In this document: positions 10,569 to 19,936 of the stretch, piece after piece
Numbering within the stretch: the stretch's first letter is position 1
Layout: every line of letters begins with the position of its first letter
Assembly (NCBI GenBank): GCA_013151445.1
Contig: JAADIG010000136.1
Span: 6,383 to 70,382 of the forward strand
Reading direction: 5' to 3'
Source: Actinomycetota bacterium
GTDB taxonomy: Bacteria; Actinomycetota; Acidimicrobiia; Spongiisociales; UBA5794
DNA length: 64,000 nt
Made by a program: the position numbers and the translations under genes
Notes under the pieces: model-generated
The model's input: only the letters and a program-made list of their open reading frames with translations
Databases searched by the model: none
What the model was told of the DNA's origin: nothing

Positions 10569-11617
10569 ATTGGATGCAGGCAATGTATCGGGGCGAGACC
10601 CATATCGACTTTATCTCGCGCCGCAAGACGTACTTTATTGTCTCCGGCGTTCTCCTCGCTGTGATTTTCCTGTCGCTCTTTACCCGCGGGTTTGAGGGCA
10701 GCGTTGATTTCACCGGTGGTGTGATCATCGATGCGCCGAACACCGCCGGAGCAACCGTTACCGAGGTACGCGATGCGCTCGCCGAAATCGGCCTCCCCAC
10801 GGCTCGTGTGCAGTTCACCGATGCAGGTGCGGGTGTCCAGAATGTTCTTATCCAAACCGAGGCGCTCGACAACGATGGCCAAGACGCACTCATAGCAACA
10901 GTTGCTGCAATCACCGGAGTCAGCACCGCCGAGACGAACCTGTCTGCGGTCGGTCCCACTTTCGGGGCCGAGATAACCGCACGGGCGATCAGAGCACTGG
11001 TGATCTTCCTCATCGTGGTAGCGCTCTTTATCTCCTGGCGATTTGAGTGGAAAATGGCTGCCGCGGGACTCGCCGCTTTGTTCCACGACCTCGCGGTTAC
11101 CGCCGGTATCTATTCACTGTTCGGTATTCAGGTCACACCCGCAACCGTTATCGCGATTCTCACGATATTGGGATACTCGCTGTACGACACCGTGGTCGTC
11201 TTCGACAAACTCAAAGAGAACATCGACGAAATTGGGACCCGGCACAGCTTCGCCGAGATCGCCAACCTTTCGATGAACCAGGTACTCATGCGGTCATTGA
11301 ACACCTCGCTGACTTCGCTACTCCCGGTGGGGTCACTACTTATCGTCGGGTCGATCCTGCTCGGTGCCGCAACATTGCAGGAGTTTGCGCTCGCACTGTT
11401 CATCGGTGTCGCGGCGGGGACATACTCTTCGATCTTCATAGCCACTCCGCTCCTCACGGTCTGGAAAGAGCGCGAAGAGGAATGGTCCCGTGCGGCCCGC
11501 CGTCGCAGCGGTGGCGAATCCCAGACGGCGACTGAGGTCACGGTCGAGGCTGCCAAGGAGCGAGTCGCTACGGCTGCTCCGGCCCGAGCGCCCAAACACC
11601 GAAAGAAGCATCGGTAG
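10565..11617 (+). CDS. secF: Protein translocase subunit SecF
   Basis: 350-aa ORF with IDFISRRKTYF..S and the DFTGG motif, plus a SecD/F membrane domain. The start overlaps the secD stop. Confidence 0.95.
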   Translation: MNWMQAMYRGETHIDFISRRKTYFIVSGVLLAVIFLSLFTRGFEGSVDFTGGVIIDAPNTAGATVTEVRDALAEIGLPTARVQFTDAGAGVQNVLIQTEALDNDGQDALIATVAAITGVSTAETNLSAVGPTFGAEITARAIRALVIFLIVVALFISWRFEWKMAAAGLAALFHDLAVTAGIYSLFGIQVTPATVIAILTILGYSLYDTVVVFDKLKENIDEIGTRHSFAEIANLSMNQVLMRSLNTSLTSLLPVGSLLIVGSILLGAATLQEFALALFIGVAAGTYSSIFIATPLLTVWKEREEEWSRAARRRSGGESQTATEVTVEAAKERVATAAPARAPKHRKKHR

Positions 11618-11729
11618 ACTGAGGCCGTGAGCAGCGGATAACCCGGCATGGTGGCACCGGTCTGACGACTGGAAGCAACCGACCCACACAGAGTATTTGT
11701 GCGACGCCCATCAGGAAGGGAGTTCGACC

Positions 11730-13931
11730 GTGGTGACTGACACGTCTATGACGAGCAGGCAGCCGCGTGAGATCCTCGCCTCGGTTGTGTCGCTGTATCG
11801 CCAGCACCACGGCGCCGACGCTGAACGCGACACCCTCGACAGGGCATTCGACCTAGCCGTCGCCGCCCACGAGGGGCAAACCCGACGCACTGGCGAGGAG
11901 TATGTCACTCACCCGCTCGCCGTCGCGGAGATACTCGCCGACTTCGGTATGGACGGTGAAACCCTTGTTGCCGCGTTTCTCCACGACGTCGTCGAAGACA
12001 CCGATGTGACGCTCGACGAGATAGCCGAAAAATTCGGTGATGTCATTGCGGCGCTCATCGACGGTGTCACCAAGCTTGACCGAATCAAGTTTTCCTCGCG
12101 TGAGGAGCAGCAGGCGGCAACGATTCGCAAGATGGCGATCGCAATGTCCCACGATATCCGTGTGCTCATTATCAAACTCGCCGATCGGCTGCACAACATG
12201 CGGACGTTGGGTCCGCTGCCCGAAGAGAAGAAACTTCGCGTCGCACGTGAAACCCTTGATGTGTATGCGCCGCTTGCGAGCCGGCTGGGAGTGCAGGAAG
12301 TCAAACACGAGATGGAGGAGCGCTGTTTCGCAACGCTGTACCCGAAACGTATGGCCGAACTGGACGACCTGGTGCGCAGACGTGCACCGAAACGCGAGCA
12401 GCACATCGAGGACGTCATTGGTGAGCTTACGCACGCACTCGACGAGGCTGGCATCGACGCCGAGATCACGGGCCGTCCGAAGCATCTCTATTCGATCTAC
12501 CGGAAGATGATCTCGTCCGGTCTCGAGTTTGATGACATCCACGACCTCATCGGTGTTCGTGTCCGCGTGAACGACACCCGCGACTGCTACGCAACCCTCG
12601 GGCTAGTACACACGATGTGGAGACCGATCGACGGCCGCTTTAAGGACTACATAGCCACACCAAAGTTCAACCTGTATCAATCGCTTCACACCACGGTGGT
12701 CGGGCCTGATGGCAAGGCGCTCGAGATCCAGATCCGCACGCACGAAATGCACTACATGGCGGAATACGGAATCGCGGCACACTGGCGCTACAAGGAGGGC
12801 ATCACCGCGGCGGCAGACGACTTTGCTGCCGATCTGCTTTCGGTGCAAGAGGAGTCGAGCGATCCAGCCGAGTTTCTCGAGAACCTGAAGCTCGACCTCT
12901 ATCAGGACGAGGTGTTTGCGATAACCCCCGCCGGCAAGGTGCTCACTTTGCCACGAGGCTCAACTCCGGTGGATTTTGCTTACCTGGTGCACACCGACGT
13001 CGGGCATAAATGTGTCGGGGCAAAGGTGAACGGGCGTCTTGTGCCCCTCGCAACGGAGCTCGAGTCCGGCGACATTGTGGAAATCATCACCTCGAAGTCG
13101 AAGGCCGCCCATCCGAGCCGCGACTGGCTGGATTTCGTGCAATCGTCGCGTGCGGCGTCCAAGATTCGTAACTGGTACACGAGGGAGCGCCGCGGTGCGG
13201 CACTCCAGGACGGCAAGGATTTCGTTGCGAAGGCGATCCGTCGCGAGGGGCTTGGTCTGAGCCAGCAGGGCCGCGAGAATCTCCTCAACGAGATCGCAGG
13301 CGACATGGGCTACGACGACGGCGACGCCATGTTCGTTGCGGTCGGTGAGGGTCGGCTTAGTGCCCATACGGTCGCGAACCGGCTGGTGAGGCTGCTTTCG
13401 CCCGAGGAGCCAGACGAACAAGACGAGGACCTGCTGTCGCCACCGGTGCAGCGCAAGGAGCGGCGTCCGCGACGGTCGATCATTGTGGAAGGCATGGACG
13501 ATCTGTTGGTACGCATCGCCCGTTGCTGCGCCCCAGTTCCGGGGGACGAGATTGTTGGATTCGTGACCCTGGGGCGTGGTGTCTCGGTACATCGTGCGGA
13601 CTGTGCGAATGTCAACGCCCTGGGTGAACGCTCGGAACGTTTGATCGACGTGTCCTGGGCGCCCCAGCAAACCGGCTCGTTCTTCGTCTGGGTTCAAGTT
13701 GAGGCGCTTGACCGACCGTGGCTGTTACGCGACGTGACCTCATCGCTGTCATCACTCGGTGCCAACATTCAGGCATCGTCATCGGCGACCGGCCGCGACC
13801 GTGTTGCGGTTCTGCGGTACGAGATCGAGATCAGTGATGCCCAGGCTTTGGATGGGATCGTCAAAGAATTGGCCGCAATCGACGGGGTGTTTGACGCCTA
13901 CCGGCTCGTTCCCCAGGGCGGCACTGACTAG
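11730..13931 (+). CDS. rel: Bifunctional (p)ppGpp synthetase/hydrolase Rel
   Basis: It has an HD hydrolase domain (HPLAVA...HDVVEDT), a RelA/SpoT synthetase region (RPKHLYSIYRKM), and TGS and ACT regions. The start is taken at GTG 11730, 7 nt after GGAAGGGAG. The ORF-track TTG at 11697 is also possible. Confidence 0.93.
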   Translation: MVTDTSMTSRQPREILASVVSLYRQHHGADAERDTLDRAFDLAVAAHEGQTRRTGEEYVTHPLAVAEILADFGMDGETLVAAFLHDVVEDTDVTLDEIAEKFGDVIAALIDGVTKLDRIKFSSREEQQAATIRKMAIAMSHDIRVLIIKLADRLHNMRTLGPLPEEKKLRVARETLDVYAPLASRLGVQEVKHEMEERCFATLYPKRMAELDDLVRRRAPKREQHIEDVIGELTHALDEAGIDAEITGRPKHLYSIYRKMISSGLEFDDIHDLIGVRVRVNDTRDCYATLGLVHTMWRPIDGRFKDYIATPKFNLYQSLHTTVVGPDGKALEIQIRTHEMHYMAEYGIAAHWRYKEGITAAADDFAADLLSVQEESSDPAEFLENLKLDLYQDEVFAITPAGKVLTLPRGSTPVDFAYLVHTDVGHKCVGAKVNGRLVPLATELESGDIVEIITSKSKAAHPSRDWLDFVQSSRAASKIRNWYTRERRGAALQDGKDFVAKAIRREGLGLSQQGRENLLNEIAGDMGYDDGDAMFVAVGEGRLSAHTVANRLVRLLSPEEPDEQDEDLLSPPVQRKERRPRRSIIVEGMDDLLVRIARCCAPVPGDEIVGFVTLGRGVSVHRADCANVNALGERSERLIDVSWAPQQTGSFFVWVQVEALDRPWLLRDVTSSLSSLGANIQASSSATGRDRVAVLRYEIEISDAQALDGIVKELAAIDGVFDAYRLVPQGGTD

Positions 13932-14102
13932 CGCTACCGCAGTCTTGGGAGTCGCTTTGGCAGCCTCCACGACGAGCAGCAGCAACGTGTGAAGGTCGCT
14001 GTGGACTAGTGCGTTGGGTAGTTACTTCGGTCAACGCACAATGGCGCTCCGTACGGACCGCCATTCCTCAAGAAAACGGCCGAATTTGCCGACACTTACA
14101 TC

Positions 14103-15680
14103 ATGGCAACACTTGAGGACCGACTCCGCGTCCACATGAAGCGCGGCGAGGGTGGATTCACCATCGTCGAATCCATGATGGCTGCGGGAATTCTGCTTGT
14201 CGCGATTGTGCTGACGATTACACCGTTGGCCATCTCGATGCGGACGATCGACCGCGCCAAAGACACGACGGTTGCCGAGAACATTGCCCAGGCGCGCATC
14301 GAAGAGGTACGCTCCCTGGCCTACGACGACGTCGGTAACGTTGGATTCGCCCCCGATGGAATTCTGGCTCGCAGCGAGACACGAAACGTCTCGGGACGCG
14401 ACTACACGGTCGAAACTACGGTCGCCTACGTCGGCAGTCTGACGGGTTTGAACGTCGTTGCCCAGGGCGGTGACGGTGTCGAAGGTACCTACGACCTGGG
14501 TGTCAACTACAAGTCCATCGTTGTGACGGTGTCACCTGTCGTCGGCTCTGCGAAACCGGTCACGATGGAGACGATCGTGTCTCCGCCGACCATCGGTGCA
14601 CTCGAGAACGTCGCAGTCGTTCAGATAGACCTCGACCTTTATGAACCCTACGGCTCGTATGGAGATCCCGCACCCCTCGTGCAGATCACCGGGCCGAACA
14701 CCTACGTCTCCTCCACCGCAGCTCTCACGCAGTACTTCGCCGGTGTTGACCTGGGTACCTACACGATTCAAACGTTTGGTTCCACCGACTGGCTCGTCGA
14801 TCCTGTATCTATTTCAAGCGGGGCGACCTCGGTCGATGCAATTGGCGGCTGGAATGCCAAGCGGACCGTTCGTCTCTACCAGCCGGCGTCGTTGACGATG
14901 ACGGTTACTGACAAGGACACCGGACTCCCGATCACGGACGCGGCGCTGACTGTGCTGAACGTGTCATCGGGTTGGTCCTACACCGGTTCACCCGGTGAGT
15001 ACGGCTTCTCCGACCTCGTACCCGACCTGTACCGAGTGACTGCGGCCACCTCGGGGTATGCCACCAGCTTCGTGGACCTCGATGTTCCCGGTTTGGGTGG
15101 CGGGACGTCTGCCAGTGGGACGATAGAGCTCGAAGCCCAGTCCTTTACCGGCGTCGACTATGTGTTCACTGTGAACTATGTCGGTTGGAACAGCTATGTG
15201 ATCAACGGTGCCAAGGTCGAAGTTGTCCACCCGACGCTCGGCTCCTGGATCGGCTACACCGATGAATATGGCAAGGTCACGCTCAACATTCCGGCCAGCA
15301 CCGGGAGTCTCACCGCAACAGCATCAACACCATGGGGTCACGGCAACGCGGTGTGGAACTTTACGTCCGGTTCAGGGGGTCGGAGTAAGACGCTCAAGGT
15401 CAGCAAGCCTGGCGGTACCGATCGATTCCGGATCCGGTCCGGACCGGTAGGTCCGGACGGGTTCTTCGAGTACCGCCTCGGCGGGTCGAGCGGTACATGG
15501 GTGAGGATCCCTGCGAACTATCTCGGCAAAGTCACGTTCATCCTGGATGAGAACTACGGGCAGCTCGTTGAGATGAAGGCTTTCTGTGATGTGACGGACT
15601 ATCCGGGCTCCGCGTTGAGCAGCACCAGCACGACCCTCAACAACCGCAACAAGACTTGGCGCGTGAGTGGATCATGTTGA
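14103..15680 (+). CDS. Large prepilin-type (PilV-like) minor pilin with C-terminal beta-sandwich repeats
   Basis: It has a class III signal ...KRGEGG|FTIVESMMAAGILLVAIVL, with G at -1, F at +1 and E at +5. The rest of the 525-aa protein contains repeats resembling carboxypeptidase-regulatory-like domains (TVTDKDTGLPITDAALTV...GEYGFSDLVPDLYRV). The start could also be ATG 14136. Confidence 0.7.
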   Translation: MATLEDRLRVHMKRGEGGFTIVESMMAAGILLVAIVLTITPLAISMRTIDRAKDTTVAENIAQARIEEVRSLAYDDVGNVGFAPDGILARSETRNVSGRDYTVETTVAYVGSLTGLNVVAQGGDGVEGTYDLGVNYKSIVVTVSPVVGSAKPVTMETIVSPPTIGALENVAVVQIDLDLYEPYGSYGDPAPLVQITGPNTYVSSTAALTQYFAGVDLGTYTIQTFGSTDWLVDPVSISSGATSVDAIGGWNAKRTVRLYQPASLTMTVTDKDTGLPITDAALTVLNVSSGWSYTGSPGEYGFSDLVPDLYRVTAATSGYATSFVDLDVPGLGGGTSASGTIELEAQSFTGVDYVFTVNYVGWNSYVINGAKVEVVHPTLGSWIGYTDEYGKVTLNIPASTGSLTATASTPWGHGNAVWNFTSGSGGRSKTLKVSKPGGTDRFRIRSGPVGPDGFFEYRLGGSSGTWVRIPANYLGKVTFILDENYGQLVEMKAFCDVTDYPGSALSSTSTTLNNRNKTWRVSGSC

Positions 15681-16345
15681 CGACTCTCACGAGACGTTTG
15701 CGATCCAACGACCAGGGCATGACCCTGCCCGAGGTCACGGTCGCGACGATGATCACCCTCATGGTATCGGCCGCCTTTTTCACAGTGTTCATGGCGTTTA
15801 ACCGCAACGTACAGCTTGCGGATCAAAGGGCTTCGACACTGCGCGACATCCGTCCCGTGATTGCACAGATGCTATTGGAGCTTCGCCAGGCGACCGATAT
15901 CGATGGTGACGGCGCCATTATCGAGAAGCTCGACTCATCGTGGAGTTCACTCGATCTCATTTTCTACTCGGATAGACGTCCCGACATCGAAGGGCCCGAG
16001 CGGTATCGGTATTACCTTACGAATTGTGCGAACAACATCTGCGATTTTGTCCATGAGGTCCTACCGGCGGACGCGGGCTCGGGTCCAAACTGGACGTATG
16101 ACAACAACACGCCGGCAGAGAGAACATTGATCAGCAATGTTGTTGCTTCCGGGGGTGCGTTGCTCATCGGTGTTTCGTGGAACACCGGGTCCGAGATACT
16201 GACGACTTCGTGCGGAGGTGCGACGAGGTGCGATTTTGATGTCGTTCGTATTGACTTGCGCATCGACCCTGACCCGGAAACGGGAACGCTTGCCGCACTA
16301 CAGATTCGAGAAGACGTGAGGCTGCGCAATGGCAAACGACTCTAA
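15674..16345 (+). CDS. Prepilin-type (PilW-like) minor pilin
   Basis: ...RSNDQG|MTLPEVTVATMITLMVSAAFF has G at -1 and E at +5, followed by a hydrophobic helix. ATG 15674 overlaps the upstream stop by 7 nt (ATGTTGA). Confidence 0.65.
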   Translation: MLTTLTRRLRSNDQGMTLPEVTVATMITLMVSAAFFTVFMAFNRNVQLADQRASTLRDIRPVIAQMLLELRQATDIDGDGAIIEKLDSSWSSLDLIFYSDRRPDIEGPERYRYYLTNCANNICDFVHEVLPADAGSGPNWTYDNNTPAERTLISNVVASGGALLIGVSWNTGSEILTTSCGGATRCDFDVVRIDLRIDPDPETGTLAALQIREDVRLRNGKRL

Positions 16346-17939
16346 ACTCCGTCAACTTTACGGGGACGAAAAGGGAGTCGCGATGGCAATTGTCGTGATG
16401 GGCATGCTCGCGATCATTCTGATGACGGTGATGATCCAGTCGCTCGCCACTTCCCAGCTCAACCAGGCCGACTACTTCAAGCGCGAGGACACTGTTTTGG
16501 CCGGTACGGAGGCCATGCTTGAGCGTTATGCGACGAAGCTTTCGATCGACCCCCTCTACTACCAGCGGTACGTCGATGAAGCCGAAGCTCCGAGGGTGTG
16601 TTCGGATACAACATCGACCGGGTATAACACGACGGTGCTCCCGGGCAACAACTGGATCAGCACATGTGCCACGTGGGACTACGTGGAGACCACCAACTTC
16701 TACGCCCATCCGCTCTTGGCCGGTGATGCGTCGACCACTGAGGATGACATCGCCGTGCTGCTACGTGTCACGCCTCCGATGGACGGCAAACAGGTCGAGG
16801 TAACCGTCGTCGGTCGCCAGGCCGGACGCTTGAACCCCCGAGTCGTGACATCAGAGATTCGCGCAACGGCGATCTCCGAGTTCGTACGAATGGTCGAGAA
16901 TGATCTTCGGTACGGCGGAGGCGCCAAAACGTTCGGCAAGGTCTACGTCGGGGGGAATATCGGGTATCGGACGGGTGGAGAGGCCTATGCCGATGTGTAC
17001 GCCGAGAACAGCATCGGGTTCTATTCCTACGGCGAGTGGTATGGACCGCCCACGTGGAAGAACGGGGCCGAGGGTTACGACTCGACGGGGAACAACAATG
17101 CGGCAGGGGAGTACGTGACGGACTACTACCCCGATCCGATCGACTTCGATCGTTTCTGGGACGATCTCGGTTTGCTCGAACGCGCAGCATGCGACGGAGG
17201 TGGCCTCTGTCTGGACCCGGCCTACAACAGCAGTATCCCGACGGGCGTTGACGCCTACCTGGTCGAGAGCGTGAACACCACCGGACAGCCCACGCGTCTG
17301 AAGATTTCGTATGCGACGAGCCCGCCGTCCGCCAACTACTGCGACGGTGCCGAGTCGTCGTGGACAAAGTATTCCCAGAACGCTTCGTGGACCTATCTCG
17401 GCACGTTTGACCTCCCCGTGAACGGGGCCGTGTGGGCGAACGAACACATCGTGATCGGACGGAACAGCACCGCACCCTTCGTGATGAACGGGATCGTTTC
17501 GTTCTATGCCGGCAACTCATCGAGCCGCCGCAACGTCATCATTGCGTCCGATATCACCTATGGCAGTGCCCTTACCGGCAATGACATCGTTGGTCTCATC
17601 GGGTCGGATGAGGTGTGGATCAACCCAACAAGCGTCGGCACCGACCGGGAACTCAACATCTACGCGGCGATCCTCAATCAGAACGGGCAACTGAAGGCGG
17701 CGACGGCCTGCAATGGATCGCGCATCAATCTGTCGAACAGTGAACTCAACATGTTCGGCTCCAACGCATCGCTTGGTACCGGAAACATGTCATGCTGTTT
17801 CACACCTCGCAATTACAACTTCGATCCCCGCCTTGACCGTTTGCGCCCTCCGTTCTTTCCACTGTTGAGCGACGAATGGACCTACACCAACTGGCGGGAG
17901 ACACCAACACCGTGTTGGGCGAAACCCGGCGGTTGTTGA
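16329..17939 (+). CDS. PilX_N-like pilus assembly / putative tip protein
   Basis: The N-terminus GDEKGVAMAIVVMGMLAIILMTVMIQSL resembles the PilX N-terminal domain and has no E5. The 536-aa protein continues with a G/N-rich, beta-helix-like central part and a Cys-containing C-terminus. It overlaps the upstream gene by 17 nt. Confidence 0.6.
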   Translation: MANDSKLRQLYGDEKGVAMAIVVMGMLAIILMTVMIQSLATSQLNQADYFKREDTVLAGTEAMLERYATKLSIDPLYYQRYVDEAEAPRVCSDTTSTGYNTTVLPGNNWISTCATWDYVETTNFYAHPLLAGDASTTEDDIAVLLRVTPPMDGKQVEVTVVGRQAGRLNPRVVTSEIRATAISEFVRMVENDLRYGGGAKTFGKVYVGGNIGYRTGGEAYADVYAENSIGFYSYGEWYGPPTWKNGAEGYDSTGNNNAAGEYVTDYYPDPIDFDRFWDDLGLLERAACDGGGLCLDPAYNSSIPTGVDAYLVESVNTTGQPTRLKISYATSPPSANYCDGAESSWTKYSQNASWTYLGTFDLPVNGAVWANEHIVIGRNSTAPFVMNGIVSFYAGNSSSRRNVIIASDITYGSALTGNDIVGLIGSDEVWINPTSVGTDRELNIYAAILNQNGQLKAATACNGSRINLSNSELNMFGSNASLGTGNMSCCFTPRNYNFDPRLDRLRPPFFPLLSDEWTYTNWRETPTPCWAKPGGC

Positions 17940-18035
17940 TGACGGTGCAGTAAGGGAATCGCGCCGTCCCGGGCGAGTTGGTCCGAGCGGTGGGATAACG
18001 CTGAGCGCTGCCCAGTGTCGGGTAGGCTTGTGTGT

Positions 18036-18707
18036 ATGAGTTTGGTCATCGAAGGGCGATCCCTGTGGGTCGCCCAAACCAATTGTTATGTTGTGGCAGC
18101 GGAGCGTGGCGGTCCGGGCATCGTGATCGACGCCCCACCGGATGCCGACGCTATCGGAGCGTTGCTTGCATCGTTAGATATCACGCCGGTCGCATTGCTC
18201 GTGACCCACGGCCACATCGATCACGCTGGCGGTTCCGACAAGGTCGCCCGTGCCCATCCCGGGGTTGTCACCTACTTACATCCCGACGACGCCTTCCTCT
18301 ATCGGGACCCGGCGAGCACCCTTGAGCGTCTGATGGGTACCGTGGGTGACGTCGAGGAGATCAATCGTGAGTTCGGTGCACCCGAACAGCTCACGGAACT
18401 CGCCGACGGTCAACGACTCGAGCTTGCAGGTATCGAAATAGACGTCCTTCACACCCCCGGTCACACTCCCGGGCATTGTTGTTTCTCGGTACCTTCCGAG
18501 GGGCTGCTGTTTAGCGGTGACCAACTGTTCGCCGGGTCTATCGGCCGCACCGATCTCCCCGGAGGCAACACCGAGCAACTCATCGCCTCGATGGTGTCAC
18601 ACGTGCTGCCGCTCGCTGACGACGTTGATGTGTTGCCGGGACACGGGCCGGCGACCACGATTGGTCAAGAACGGGTGGCGAATCCCTTTCTGCAAGGTCT
18701 CGCCTAG
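18036..18707 (+). CDS. MBL-fold metallo-hydrolase (glyoxalase II-like)
   Basis: It carries the THGHIDHAGG (HxHxDH) motif and HTPGHTPGH, and lies upstream of hisS as in other actinobacteria. The start is either ATG 18036 or GTG 18015. Confidence 0.85.
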   Translation: MSLVIEGRSLWVAQTNCYVVAAERGGPGIVIDAPPDADAIGALLASLDITPVALLVTHGHIDHAGGSDKVARAHPGVVTYLHPDDAFLYRDPASTLERLMGTVGDVEEINREFGAPEQLTELADGQRLELAGIEIDVLHTPGHTPGHCCFSVPSEGLLFSGDQLFAGSIGRTDLPGGNTEQLIASMVSHVLPLADDVDVLPGHGPATTIGQERVANPFLQGLA

Positions 18708-19936
18708 TGGATATTCGGGCACCAAAGGGCACCGACGACATCCTTCCACCGGAGTCGCATCTCTGGCGGCACGCAGTAACGACCTTTGACAATCTTGCCC
18801 AGCGATACGGATATGGGTTGACACTTACACCGCTGTTCGAGCAGACGGAGTTGTTCGCCCGCGGTGTCGGCGAAGACACCGAGGTCGTCGAGAAGCAGAT
18901 GTACACGTTCGCCGATCGCAAGGGTCGATCATTGACGCTGCGACCGGAGGCCACCGCATCCGTGGTTCGTGCATACCTCTCAGGTGGCGGCGACGGTGTG
19001 TTCAAGGGTTCGTACTCCGGTCCGATGTTTCGCTACGAGCGGCCCCAGAAGGGTCGTCGGCGTCAGTTCTATCAGGTCGGGGTGGAGTACATCGGAGAGG
19101 CAGGACCCTTTGCCGATGTTGAGGTCATTGAACTCGGTTATCGATATCTTCAGGAAATGGGTGTTCCCGATGTGGCCGTTCAGCTGAACTCGATCGGTGA
19201 CGTGGCGGACCGTCAGACGTTTCGCACGGTCCTGCAGGAGTGGCTCCGAGAGCGCCAGGAGTTGTTGTCTCCGGATGCTCGCCGACGCATCGAGGGCAAC
19301 CCCATGAGGGTCCTTGACTCCAAGGCCGACACCGAAGTGACCGCGGATGCGCCGACACCGGCAGAGTTTCTCGGGAGTGATTCGGCGGCTCACTTTGCGG
19401 TAGTTCGATCCGGACTTGAGCGCATCGGCATCCCGTATGTGATCGAGCCGAGGCTTGTCCGCGGACTCGACTATTACAACCGTACGGTCTTTGAGTATGT
19501 ACCCCGTCAATACGGAGCTGCCCAAAGCGCTGTCGGTGGGGGAGGGCGCTACGACGGTCTTGCTGAAGTGCTCGGTGGGCGACCGACGCCCGGTGTTGGG
19601 CTGGCAATGGGTCTCGATCGAATCTTGCTCGCTAGTGACGGGGTGGACCTGGGTCCACTGCTCGATGCTTTCATCGTTGTCGCCGAACCCGGGAATACAT
19701 CAGATGCCGTGGGTCTCGCCAGCCGTCTTCGACTCGAGGGCTGGCGGATCGATATCGACCCTGGTGGTCGCAGCGTGAAGGCACAGTTTAGGAAAGCTGA
19801 CAAGAAGGACGCTCGAGCGGCAATCGTTGTCGGCACGGAGTGGGTAGACAACGAAGTCGTCGTGCGCGATCTCGCTCGTGGTGTTCAAGAGGTCATCCCC
19901 GTTGAGGAGATTGGGCAATGGTTAACCAACCGCTGA
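18707..19936 (+). CDS. hisS: Histidine--tRNA ligase
   Basis: KGTDDILP, MYTFADRKGRSLTLRPE and GGGGRYDGL are class II HisRS motifs. The product is 409 aa. Confidence 0.95.
   Translation: MDIRAPKGTDDILPPESHLWRHAVTTFDNLAQRYGYGLTLTPLFEQTELFARGVGEDTEVVEKQMYTFADRKGRSLTLRPEATASVVRAYLSGGGDGVFKGSYSGPMFRYERPQKGRRRQFYQVGVEYIGEAGPFADVEVIELGYRYLQEMGVPDVAVQLNSIGDVADRQTFRTVLQEWLRERQELLSPDARRRIEGNPMRVLDSKADTEVTADAPTPAEFLGSDSAAHFAVVRSGLERIGIPYVIEPRLVRGLDYYNRTVFEYVPRQYGAAQSAVGGGGRYDGLAEVLGGRPTPGVGLAMGLDRILLASDGVDLGPLLDAFIVVAEPGNTSDAVGLASRLRLEGWRIDIDPGGRSVKAQFRKADKKDARAAIVVGTEWVDNEVVVRDLARGVQEVIPVEEIGQWLTNR

Noticed and set aside
11618-11729. Absence of apt (secF-rel gap), aroQ (after aroB, about 40884-40944) and metK (coaBC-priA) relative to the mycobacterial gene order
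   Set aside because: These positions vary among actinobacteria and the genes may simply lie elsewhere in the genome. Nothing in the short spacers suggests gene remnants.
14009-14039. 8-bp hairpin GTGCGTTG-(15 nt)-CAACGCAC after rel, and a bulged hairpin at 8631-8662 after tgt
   Set aside because: The stems are short or interrupted, the loops are large and there is no U-tract. They may be weak terminators, but they are not distinctive enough to annotate.
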